The notes: generated by a model from the letters alone, not told the origin. Positions 1-7,974 are shown, numbered from the stretch's first letter. The stretch: DNA of 24,313 bases from an uncultured Pseudomonadota bacterium (GCA_964454175.1 CAYVSA010000013.1:15254-39566); one strand, 5' to 3'. Numbers and translations are program-made.

Positions 1-39
1 CCGAGGAGTAAAAAGCCGGTCACGGACTTTTTACGACCC
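1..39. repeat. Structured repeat family A, partial copy truncated by the window edge
   Basis: ccgaggagtaaaaagccggtcacggactttttacgaccc matches the 3' ends of the copies at 3864-3968 and 3995-4099 with one mismatch (ccggtc vs ccgatc). Confidence 0.9.
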
Positions 40-59
40 ATACAAAATGGAGGCCCGAA

Positions 60-623
60 TTGGAGTTTTACGATGTGATAAAAGCCAGGAGGAGCTGCCG
101 CAAGTTCTCCCCCGATCCAATCCCGAAAGAGGTGCTGGGCAGGGTAGTGGAAGCAGCAACGTGGGCGCCTTCGGGCAAGAACAGGCAGAACTGGCGAATA
201 TTCGTTGTGACAGGAAGCGGAAAGGACGAACTGGTGCGTATTGCCGATCGTTCCTTCCCCCTCCTCGAGCCGAGCCTGAAAAAGCTCTACGACGACAGGA
301 TCGTCTCTTTTACCAGGGGGTTTTTCAAAACACTGGGGGGCGCCCCTGTTGTTATAGTCTTTTATTCTGATGCCACTGAGGAAGGACAGTTTGTGGATAC
401 CCAGTCCGTCGCCGCAGCTATTCAGAATGCCCTTCTCGCTGCGACATACGAAGGTCTTGGGTCCTGCTGGATGACGAACCCTGTCCACCTCAAGGAAGAT
501 GTGGATCATGTAACCGGGGCTGAAGGTCTTGACCTGATCGCGGTTATTCCGGTCGGGTACCCGGCAAAGGAACCTCCCGTTCCACCCCGCAAGGAGGGGC
601 GTGTTGAGTGGATGGGGTTTTAA
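60..623 (+). CDS. Nitroreductase family protein (FMN-dependent)
   Basis: Motifs IKARRSCRKF, APSGKNRQNW and IQNALLAATYEGLGSCW, C-terminal IPVGYP; TTG start with GGAGG at 49-53. Confidence 0.9.
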   Translation: MEFYDVIKARRSCRKFSPDPIPKEVLGRVVEAATWAPSGKNRQNWRIFVVTGSGKDELVRIADRSFPLLEPSLKKLYDDRIVSFTRGFFKTLGGAPVVIVFYSDATEEGQFVDTQSVAAAIQNALLAATYEGLGSCWMTNPVHLKEDVDHVTGAEGLDLIAVIPVGYPAKEPPVPPRKEGRVEWMGF

Positions 624-662
624 GTGCAGTCCAATGTCCCAGGTCCGGGATCGTAGGTCTGA

Positions 663-1889
663 ATGGAGACAAAGATGAGTGATTATGAAGCGATAATGAG
701 CACTTACGAGGTAACGCCCGAGTCAGAGATAACTGACAGGATCAACAGGCTCCAGGAAATCATGAAAGGAAAGGGGGTTGCGGCTGCACTCATTCAGCAG
801 CTGATAGACAGGTTCTACTTCTCCGGAACTATTCAGGACGGTGTAATTGTAGTCCCCGCCGAGGGCGACCCCGTCTATCTGTGCAGGAGATCCGTAAGCC
901 GTGCGTCGGCCGAGACTCCCCTTACGGTCGTCCCCTTCAGAAGCCTCAAGGAAATCCCCCCCGTCCTCTCTGATATCGGCGTCGGGGCAGGCGATACCCT
1001 CGGGTTTGAACTTGACGTTGTTCCAGCGGCCCTTTTTTTACGGTTCAGCTCCATGCTCCCGGACCTTGAGTGGGCAGACCTCGGTCCAGTAGTGCGGGAG
1101 GTCCGGGCGGTGAAGTCCGATCACGAGCTCCACAGGATACGCGCTGCCGGTGTCCAGGTGAATAAGGTGATGGACACGGCGGTCAAGGTGCTCAAGGAGG
1201 GCATACGTGAGATCGATTTTGCTTCCAGTCTGGAAAAAAGGGCCAGGGAGCTTGGTCATCAGGGGATACTCCGTATGAGAGGGTTCAACCAGGAGCTCTT
1301 TTACGGACACATAATCACTGGCGAGCACTCCGCTATCATGTCCCACATTGATGCACCCTCGGGCGGCGCCGGTGTCAACCCGTCCATCGGTCAGGGTGCA
1401 GGTTTCAGAACGATCGGTGCCGGTGAGCCTGTCAGCGTGGATTTCGTGGGGAACGTTGGGGGATACCTGATCGATCAAACCAGGCTCATGGTTGTTGGGG
1501 ATCTCGACGCTGACCTGGAGGAGGGATTTTACCAGGCAAAATCTGTTCAGGACCGGGTCACGGAGGCAATAAAGCCAGGCGCATTATGGAGCAGTCTCTA
1601 CGAATTGGCCAGTAAGGCGGCCGAAGAGTTTGGAGTCCAGGATCGCTTTATGGGCCCACCTGGAGAACAGGTAAGATTCGTGGGTCACGGTGTAGGTCTC
1701 GAGGTGGACGAATACCCTTTCCTGGCCCCGAGGCTGGACATGGAACTTGTGCAGGGAATGGTGTTGGCGCTGGAACCAAAAATCTTTCACCCGGGCAGAG
1801 GTTTAACGGGGATTGAGGATACATTCCTCGTTACAGAAAATGGTTGCGAGAGGCTCACGATCACGGAAAGGGACATTATCAGGACCTGA
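663..1889 (+). CDS. M24 family Xaa-Pro peptidase (creatinase N-domain plus pita-bread domain)
   Basis: RAVKSDHE linker and metal ligands in SVDF, IDQTR, GHGVGLEVDE, ALEP and GIED. The start may be ATG 675, which has GGAG upstream. Confidence 0.88.
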   Translation: METKMSDYEAIMSTYEVTPESEITDRINRLQEIMKGKGVAAALIQQLIDRFYFSGTIQDGVIVVPAEGDPVYLCRRSVSRASAETPLTVVPFRSLKEIPPVLSDIGVGAGDTLGFELDVVPAALFLRFSSMLPDLEWADLGPVVREVRAVKSDHELHRIRAAGVQVNKVMDTAVKVLKEGIREIDFASSLEKRARELGHQGILRMRGFNQELFYGHIITGEHSAIMSHIDAPSGGAGVNPSIGQGAGFRTIGAGEPVSVDFVGNVGGYLIDQTRLMVVGDLDADLEEGFYQAKSVQDRVTEAIKPGALWSSLYELASKAAEEFGVQDRFMGPPGEQVRFVGHGVGLEVDEYPFLAPRLDMELVQGMVLALEPKIFHPGRGLTGIEDTFLVTENGCERLTITERDIIRT

Positions 1890-1899
1890 AATATTTTTG

Positions 1900-1927
1900 A
1901 AAAGCCCGTCCTGGTGAATGACAGGCT
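1900..1927 (-). terminator. Putative intrinsic terminator on the minus strand
   Basis: Minus strand reads agcctgtc-attcaccag-gacgggct-ttt: an 8-bp stem with one G.U pair followed by a short U run. On the plus strand the same pair is a C.A mismatch and there is no U run. Confidence 0.45.
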
Positions 1928-2234
1928 GACCAAAGTGACTGCGACCATCCCGACACAAGCTGTCTTCCGCTCGGGATAGTCCTGTTTTGAGGATCTCAAC
2001 AGTGATAAAATCCTAATGCGGGGCAGTGCTTTACTTACTGAAAATAAAACGTTTTTTCAAAATAACTACTCCGGTATCCCGACTGTTTGAATAAAAGGAA
2101 CTGGCAGGCCGCACTGGTTCCTAACGATGCCTGAAGGGGCCTTTGTCTGGGCTGCAGAGAACTATTTCTGCCGGTTTTTCCCCTGGACACAATTTCTTGA
2201 ATTTCACTCCTGTTCCAACTATTATGCTTTTTCC

Positions 2235-2263
2235 TTGACATGGTTAAAACAGTGTTATAGAAC
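2235..2263 (+). promoter_or_regulatory. Putative sigma70 promoter upstream of the paaK-like gene
   Basis: Perfect TTGACA at 2235-2240 followed by TGTTATAGAAC; -10 candidates are TATAGA (15-bp spacer) or TAGAAC (17-bp spacer). Confidence 0.55.
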
Positions 2264-2273
2264 TCCTGTAGGG

Positions 2274-2291
2274 TGCCGTAATAAAACGGCA
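2274..2291. promoter_or_regulatory. Palindrome TGCCGT-N6-ACGGCA, either an operator or the first leader hairpin
   Basis: Perfect 6-bp inverted repeat just downstream of the predicted promoter. Confidence 0.45.
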
Positions 2292-2319
2292 TATTGGTAA
2301 CTGAGCGGGCTGGGTCCAA

Positions 2320-2356
2320 GGGTGTAGAGATCGTCGTCTATACCCGCTTTTTCTTT
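2320..2356 (+). terminator. Terminator-like hairpin within the paaK leader (possible attenuator)
   Basis: gggtgtaga/tctataccc 9-bp stem (one G.U) followed by gctttttcttt. Confidence 0.45.
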
Positions 2357-2510
2357 CCATATTCGAAATAGTTTATTCCTGAACAGCTTTCGGGGGGGCT
2401 CTCTGTGACCTTGGGTAGGAGCCTGGACACTTCTGGATATTTCGCCGTACCCCCGGTTTCCTGGCGATTGGGGTGTCACGTTCCTTTTTTGATGGAGGAG
2501 ATTAGAAACC

Positions 2511-3863
2511 ATGTCAGATGATAGACAGTATTTTCAGCCAGATCTCGAAACCATGCCGGTTGACAAACTTAAAGCCCTCCAGTTGGAACGGCTGCAGGAG
2601 GTTGTCGGCAGAGTTTATAACGACAACCCGCACTTTCAGAAAGTCTACAAAGAAGCTGGTTTCGAGCCCGGCGACTTAAAGTCCCTTGATGATCTCACCA
2701 AGGTCCCATTTATGGAGAAGAGCACCGTAAGGGACGGCTACCCTCTCAAGATCGTTACCGGAGAGATCGGCAGCATGAGACAGATGCACAGCACCTCGGG
2801 TACCACCGGCAAGCCGGTCCTGATCTTTGCTTCGGAGCAGGATATCGCACACTGGGCCGATCGCAACGCCCGCGAACTCTGGATGGTGGGACTGAGGCCT
2901 GGCGACATATTCCTGAATTCCTTCGGCTACGGTCTGCCAACGGGTGGATTCGGATTCCACTACGGCGCACAGAAGATGGGCGCCTGTCCGATCCCTCTTT
3001 CCGGTGGACAGTCCGACAGAATGGTCGACCTGCTCGTTGATCTTCCGATCAAGGCGTTCTGCGCGACCCCGTCCTTTGCCCTTTACGTGGGTCAGAAAGC
3101 GCAGGAAAAGGGATTTGATCTCGCCAAGGATTCCACCTGCGAGATCAGCCTCCACGGTGCAGAGCCGTGGCCATGGTCCACAAGGGAGAGGATCCAGGAA
3201 CTGTTCGGCGTCACGGCCTTCGACGAATTCGGTATGACCGAATTCCTCGGACCAGGCATGACCTGCGAGTGCCCGGCAAGGACCGCGGACTCGCCCATCC
3301 GGATGCACATCTGGTCTGATCACCTCCTGGCCGAATGCATCAACCCCGATACCGGTGAGCCGGTGGGGGACGGTGAGGACGGCGAGATGGTCTGGACAAA
3401 TCTGGTCAACACGGGAACGCCCCTGATCCGCTACCGAAGCCGTGACCTGGCGGCCATGACGTGGGCGCCCTGTGCGTGCGGCAGGACCCACCCGAGGATG
3501 GCGGCCATCAAGGGCCGGTCCGACGATGCCGTTTCCATAAGCGGGCTTATAGTTTTCCCGAGTCAGGTTGAAGAAGCGCTTACCCGTTTCCCGGAGATGG
3601 GCGCCAACTTCCGGATGATAATTGAGACTGACAAGAGGGGCATGGACCACTTCACCCTGAGGATCGAGCTCAAGGACAAGGCTCTACTGGACGACAAGGG
3701 CCTGGTGGACAACCTCAAGCAGAAGATGAAGGAAGCTGTAAAGAGCGTGACCGATGTCAACCCCAAGGTGGTTGATCTCATAGGTCCTGATGAGCTGCCT
3801 CGTGCCACGGCAGGCGAGGGCAAGACCGCCAGCGCCAGGGTTGAGGATCGGAGGAAAAAGTAA
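2511..3863 (+). CDS. paaK: Phenylacetate-CoA ligase family (aryl/acyl-CoA ligase)
   Basis: STSGTTGKP P-loop, FGYGLPTGGFGFHYGA, GAEPW, FGMTE, PLIRYRSRDL, CACGRTHPR and GRSDD motifs; GGAGG RBS. Exact substrate is not determinable. Confidence 0.88.
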   Translation: MSDDRQYFQPDLETMPVDKLKALQLERLQEVVGRVYNDNPHFQKVYKEAGFEPGDLKSLDDLTKVPFMEKSTVRDGYPLKIVTGEIGSMRQMHSTSGTTGKPVLIFASEQDIAHWADRNARELWMVGLRPGDIFLNSFGYGLPTGGFGFHYGAQKMGACPIPLSGGQSDRMVDLLVDLPIKAFCATPSFALYVGQKAQEKGFDLAKDSTCEISLHGAEPWPWSTRERIQELFGVTAFDEFGMTEFLGPGMTCECPARTADSPIRMHIWSDHLLAECINPDTGEPVGDGEDGEMVWTNLVNTGTPLIRYRSRDLAAMTWAPCACGRTHPRMAAIKGRSDDAVSISGLIVFPSQVEEALTRFPEMGANFRMIIETDKRGMDHFTLRIELKDKALLDDKGLVDNLKQKMKEAVKSVTDVNPKVVDLIGPDELPRATAGEGKTASARVEDRRKK

Positions 3864-3968
3864 CGAATCAATGGTTTGTTATGTAGGTCATTGATTCGAG
3901 AGGAAAGCGAAAACCACGTTTTTCTCTTTCCGAGGAGTAAAAAGCCGATCACGGACTTTTTACGACCC
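3864..3968. repeat. Structured repeat family A, copy 1 (105 bp, three hairpins)
   Basis: Hairpin cgaatcaatg-N15-cattgattcg, then agaggaaagcgaaaaccacgtttttctctttccgaggagtaaaaagccgatcacggactttttacgaccc, which is identical in copy 2. Confidence 0.92.
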
Positions 3969-3994
3969 GGTTAACGCGCTCATCAGGAGCGCCC

Positions 3995-4099
3995 CGAATC
4001 CATAGCATGAGATGATAGGTATGGATTCGAGAGGAAAGCGAAAACCACGTTTTTCTCTTTCCGAGGAGTAAAAAGCCGATCACGGACTTTTTACGACCC
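3995..4099. repeat. Structured repeat family A, copy 2 (105 bp, 131-bp period)
   Basis: Hairpin cgaatccata-N15-tatggattcg, then the same 70-nt tail as copy 1; preceded by the hairpin gcgctc-atcag-gagcgc. Confidence 0.92.
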
Positions 4100-4147
4100 A
4101 TACTATTAACAAACAAACATACTAGCCAAACGGAAGGAGGTGTGAGT

Positions 4148-4513
4148 ATGGAGCGAAAACGCATGAGGGCTCGAATAACGGCTGAAGACCTGCGTCTATC
4201 AGAGCATGTTGAGCCCAAAGAGGTAACGGAAACCTGGAAGAAGATCATTGACGCTACATGGGATATGACAATTGTTGCCGTTGCCTACAACGACATGCGG
4301 GTCCCGCTGTCGCGGGTTCCCGAGACCCTCTCGGTATTGGACAAGCAGGTAGCCAATGTTGCCGAGGAGAGCACCCTGGATATCATCGAAGAGGAGATCA
4401 AGACCGGAATACGGCATTTCTCCGATATCGTTGAGAAGGCTCAGGCGAGCAAATCGGAGATGGAAAAGATTCTCCGCGCCACCTGGAACCGCAGGGTCAA
4501 GATCAAGACGTAA
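4148..4513 (+). CDS. Hypothetical protein (~121 aa, charged, probably helical)
   Basis: Strong RBS AAGGAGGT at 4134-4141 before ATG 4148; fills the gap co-directionally before the CoA-transferase genes. No family recognised. Confidence 0.75.
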   Translation: MERKRMRARITAEDLRLSEHVEPKEVTETWKKIIDATWDMTIVAVAYNDMRVPLSRVPETLSVLDKQVANVAEESTLDIIEEEIKTGIRHFSDIVEKAQASKSEMEKILRATWNRRVKIKT

Positions 4514-4564
4514 CTTTTCCCGCTTAGCAAAATCACTTCAAGCAGGAAGAAAGGAGACAACGTT

Positions 4565-5719
4565 ATGGCAGAGGCAACAATCCCGACCTTTATGAGAGGA
4601 AAAGACAAAATAATGTCCCTCTCAGAGGCGGTAAAAACCTTCGTCAAGCCTGGCACCTGCATTTGCCCTGGAGGGTTCAGCTACACTAAAAAACCCTTCG
4701 CGCTGGCTCGTGAGATCATCCGGCAGAAAATCGGTGATCTCTTTGCCACGATGAACGGCGGTGCGTCCATTGTCGATTTCTGGGCCGGTGCTGGTCTTGT
4801 GAAGCTGTTGGATACAACTTACATCGGACTGGAGGGTATCCAGCCGGTGGCCTACAACATCCGCCGCTCCATCCAGGACGGCACCATCGATGTTGAGGAC
4901 TACTCAAACTACGGCTTCGGCCTCAGGACAGTTGCAGGGCGCTACGGCTGGCCCTTTGCTCCGCTTATGTCCGAGTTCGGAACAAGCCTGATGGATCACG
5001 ATACCTTCGCCAAGATGGGACTGCGCGGTAAGAAAAAGGATGGGTCCTGGATCCATCCCTCCGTCGCTCCCGCAAGGGCCGCGGTCATCGAGGATCCCTT
5101 TGACGGTTGGGGACTCCGCCCGCACGCGTTCACCGACGGCGATGCAACCTCCAACAAGACCAACGCTTTAGAGCAGGTACGTGAATCAACGGCCTACACC
5201 GGCAATAAGGGTGTCAAGGTCATCCTGGTTCCCCCGATCCTTCCCGAGGTGACCATTATAATGGCCCAGAGGGTAGGTGACAAAGGTACCTGCAGGATCG
5301 AAGGTATCTGGGGTCCTGACAATGAGCAGGCCATCGCGGCCAAGAACCTTATCGTGCAGGCTGAAAAAGTCGTCAGCGAAGATGAGCTCAGGGCGCAGCC
5401 GTACTCCAATACCATATCCATGATGTTCCCTGATGCCATCGTCGAAATGCCTTTCGGTGGTTTCCCGGGCCAGGTGCCGTACTACTATGACTATGACTGG
5501 GATTTCTGGAGGTCATGGGCACAGCTGAACAGGAAGCCTAAAGAGGAAGTCAATGACTTCATGTACGATTGGGTAATGGAAGATGAGTGGACCTTCCTGT
5601 CGACCCGCCCGGGTGACGGATATCCAACCATCACCGGTACCAAGGGAATGCAGAGGCTCTTTGAGCTTCGCGCTGATTCCATGTATGGCTACAAACCTGG
5701 ATTGGCCAGGCCTCTGTAA
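4565..5719 (+). CDS. gctA: Family I CoA-transferase subunit A, glutaconate CoA-transferase (GctA)-like, with insertions
   Basis: KIMSLSEAVKTFVKPG, GGF..KPFALAREIIRQ, EDYSNY, PEVTIIMAQRVGDKG and YYDYD motifs; adjacent to a subunit B gene. The symbol denotes the family, not a proven substrate. Confidence 0.8.
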   Translation: MAEATIPTFMRGKDKIMSLSEAVKTFVKPGTCICPGGFSYTKKPFALAREIIRQKIGDLFATMNGGASIVDFWAGAGLVKLLDTTYIGLEGIQPVAYNIRRSIQDGTIDVEDYSNYGFGLRTVAGRYGWPFAPLMSEFGTSLMDHDTFAKMGLRGKKKDGSWIHPSVAPARAAVIEDPFDGWGLRPHAFTDGDATSNKTNALEQVRESTAYTGNKGVKVILVPPILPEVTIIMAQRVGDKGTCRIEGIWGPDNEQAIAAKNLIVQAEKVVSEDELRAQPYSNTISMMFPDAIVEMPFGGFPGQVPYYYDYDWDFWRSWAQLNRKPKEEVNDFMYDWVMEDEWTFLSTRPGDGYPTITGTKGMQRLFELRADSMYGYKPGLARPL

Positions 5720-5760
5720 GGGCTGCGGTTAAATCTTCATGTTAAGTGAGGAGGTAAAAT

Positions 5761-6690
5761 ATGTCTGTAATTAGACAGAACGATCCCGGTGCCTGGACTC
5801 ATGTTGATGATACTGAGTACGAGGCATACTGTAAGGAAAAAGGGGTCGATCCACAAAGTTATACTACAATGGAGCTTCTGACCATCGCGGCAGCCCGGCA
5901 GACTTACGACTATTCGTTTATCTTTGCCGGTACCGGCCTTCCGATGATCGGCTGCATGATGGCGCAGCACACCTACGCCCCCCATGGAATGATCATCATG
6001 GAGGCGGGGATCCTCGATCCAAAACTCATCGAGGTTCCGATCTCCGTTTCCGAGGCCAGGGGTGGTTATATGGCCGGCGGCCTGTCCAACATGGCCGACA
6101 CATTCGGTACCTATGCCCAGCGCGGTTTCTGCACATTCGGGATGCTGGGCGGAGCTGAGTGCGACAAGTACGGCAACCTCAACTCCACTGCCATGGGCGG
6201 CTACTATTCCAAGAGCGCCCGTGACGACGGCAAACCCGGTCCGGCGGTTCGTTTCGCAGGTTCCGGTGGCGCCAACAATATCGCTTCTTATGCAGACGTG
6301 GGCCTCGCAATGATGGTCCAGGAGAAGAGGCGATTCCCCGAAAAGAACGAGTACAACACATCCATCACTGGATCCCGTGGGCCTATCGGTTCCCCCGAGG
6401 ACAGGTTCCACATGGGCCTGTTCCGCGGCGGTTCAACCACGATCGTCAGTGATCTCTGTATTTTCCGCAGCAACCCGACGACTGGCGAGCTGGAGATGTC
6501 CGAGATATATCCAGGCGTCGAAGAGGCTACGGTAAGGGAGAACGTCAGCTGGGATATGAAGGTCGCCAAGGACTTCAAACCTTTTGACGAGCCCAAATTC
6601 GAGGAGATCAAGATCGCTAGAATGGTCTGTGATCCCAACCGTATCTATCTTGGCCGCAAGACCAAGAGAGAGCTGGCTGCAGAGGGTTAA
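5761..6690 (+). CDS. gctB: Family I CoA-transferase subunit B (GctB-like)
   Basis: YTTMELLTIAAAR, FAGTGLP, IIMEAG (putative catalytic Glu), LGGAECDKYGNLNST and GSGGANNIAS motifs; GAGGAGGT RBS. Confidence 0.82.
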   Translation: MSVIRQNDPGAWTHVDDTEYEAYCKEKGVDPQSYTTMELLTIAAARQTYDYSFIFAGTGLPMIGCMMAQHTYAPHGMIIMEAGILDPKLIEVPISVSEARGGYMAGGLSNMADTFGTYAQRGFCTFGMLGGAECDKYGNLNSTAMGGYYSKSARDDGKPGPAVRFAGSGGANNIASYADVGLAMMVQEKRRFPEKNEYNTSITGSRGPIGSPEDRFHMGLFRGGSTTIVSDLCIFRSNPTTGELEMSEIYPGVEEATVRENVSWDMKVAKDFKPFDEPKFEEIKIARMVCDPNRIYLGRKTKRELAAEG

Positions 6691-6699
6691 TCGACCCGG

Positions 6700-6732
6700 G
6701 CTGGGGGGAGCGTTCTGCTCCCTCCAGCTTTT
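6700..6732 (+). terminator. Intrinsic terminator after gctB
   Basis: gctggggggagc-gttct-gctccctccagc 12-bp stem followed by tttt. Confidence 0.75.
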
Positions 6733-6892
6733 CCGCTGACAGTTTTTACCAGGTGGATCTCGTGTCCTGGCAGGCCGGCTGCCTTCATGTTCTCGCCCAA
6801 GAGCTGGGTCCTGGGTCTGGTAGGAATTGGTGTTACTTGCGGCAACAGAAAATGGCAGGACTAACTTTATTTGAGGGGGAGGCACTCAAAAG

Positions 6893-7192
6893 ATGTTTGA
6901 TGATTTCAACTATAAGGTTCTGGAGTTCGAAAAAGCTCTCACTCTGGACGAGATCGAGGAAAGGTTAAAGACCCTGAAGGACGTTCCGGGCACTTTCAAC
7001 AGGCTTGGAGCCCGTGGAGCCCGGTTTGTTCCTGATAATTGGGAGATGCCGACAATGTATTTCGGGTCAAATGGAAAAACTCTGGAGGTTGTTACAAAGG
7101 ATCTGGACATCAGCCAAGTTGAAAATTACCTGTGCGACCTTGCTCAGGCCATGGGATGCAAGATTTTTTCTGAAAATTTGGAATACTTCTGA
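6893..7192 (+). CDS. Hypothetical protein (99 aa, acidic)
   Basis: GGAGG RBS before ATG, protein-like composition, fills the intergenic gap. No family recognised. Confidence 0.7.
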   Translation: MFDDFNYKVLEFEKALTLDEIEERLKTLKDVPGTFNRLGARGARFVPDNWEMPTMYFGSNGKTLEVVTKDLDISQVENYLCDLAQAMGCKIFSENLEYF

Positions 7193-7287
7193 AACTTTAG
7201 AACACTATTGATGTTAATTAAGAATTCGGGCTGCTGGTTTAAGAAGCCTGGAGAAATAGAAAAACAACAGGCGGGGGCAAAATAACG

Positions 7288-7818
7288 ATGAAGGATAGAT
7301 TTTCCAAAAACGCTACAGCTCACGATCACTGGAAAAAGGGTGATCAGCTTTTTGATCAAAAAAACCTGGGCGCTGCTATGGAGTACTTCGGTAGGGCCAT
7401 CAAACTGGATCCGGAATTTGCCGAGGCGTACAACAGTATGGGCCTTGTTCACTACGAAGGTAAGAATTACGCATTGGCCCTCGAGTGCTACAAAAGGGCG
7501 GTCGTACTCAAGCCGGACTTCGTAGAGGGTATGATCAATCTCGGAACTGCATTTTTATTTCTGGAACGTTATCCGGACGCTGCACTTGCCTACGAGAAGG
7601 TACTGGAAAGACACCCTGACATGCCGGAGGCCCACAATAATCTGGGCCTTGCCTATGAGCAGATGCATCGGACAGATGACGCACTGAAGCACTACAGGAA
7701 GTTTATCGAACTCTGGAAGGGGATACGGCGGTACAAGTTGGCTACCCAGGAGAGAGTCGACCGCCTCGAACAGGGCAGGAAATCAGGCGTAAACGAGCCA
7801 ATCAGGTACATAAAATAG
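7288..7818 (+). CDS. Tetratricopeptide repeat protein
   Basis: About four TPR units, e.g. AEAYNSMGLVHY..ALECYKRAVVLKPD and PEAHNNLGLAY. Confidence 0.88.
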   Translation: MKDRFSKNATAHDHWKKGDQLFDQKNLGAAMEYFGRAIKLDPEFAEAYNSMGLVHYEGKNYALALECYKRAVVLKPDFVEGMINLGTAFLFLERYPDAALAYEKVLERHPDMPEAHNNLGLAYEQMHRTDDALKHYRKFIELWKGIRRYKLATQERVDRLEQGRKSGVNEPIRYIK

Positions 7819-7841
7819 AGGTTTCCCAGCAATGGGAAGAA

Positions 7842-7893
7842 GGGGGTGTCCCTCTAGCTTGCCCCCCCTCCTGGAGGGGCACTCCCAATTTTT
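7842..7893 (+). terminator. Long GC-rich hairpin, putative terminator after the TPR gene
   Basis: gggggtgtccctctag pairs with ctggaggggcactccc (16 bp including G.U pairs), followed by aattttt. Confidence 0.5.
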
Positions 7894-7974
7894 CAGGGCA
7901 GGCATACATCTTTCCTTGTTCCCGCCGGGCCACCGGCTGAAGAAGAAAGCTGATTACCCGGGGGAAGCTGGTTA

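Noticed and set aside
2265-2510. Known riboswitch (cobalamin, TPP, c-di-GMP, T-box)
   Set aside because: I could not find the hallmark conserved motifs by eye; an Rfam scan is needed to exclude these formally.
2035-2512. Minus-strand ORFs of 94 and 85 aa
   Set aside because: No recognisable protein features, and they overlap the paaK promoter and leader signals.
2676-3650. 324-aa minus-strand ORF, and similar ones at 5737-6411, 11599-12528 and 14381-15256
   Set aside because: Antisense shadows of well-supported + strand genes, with no recognisable motifs.
3864-4099. CRISPR array
   Set aside because: Only two tandem units, a constant part of 70 nt or more, a dispersed third copy, and no cas genes in the window.
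3563-4248. Two minus-strand ORFs sharing IGFLLLGKRKTWFSLSSRI
   Set aside because: The shared peptide is simply the translation of repeat family A.
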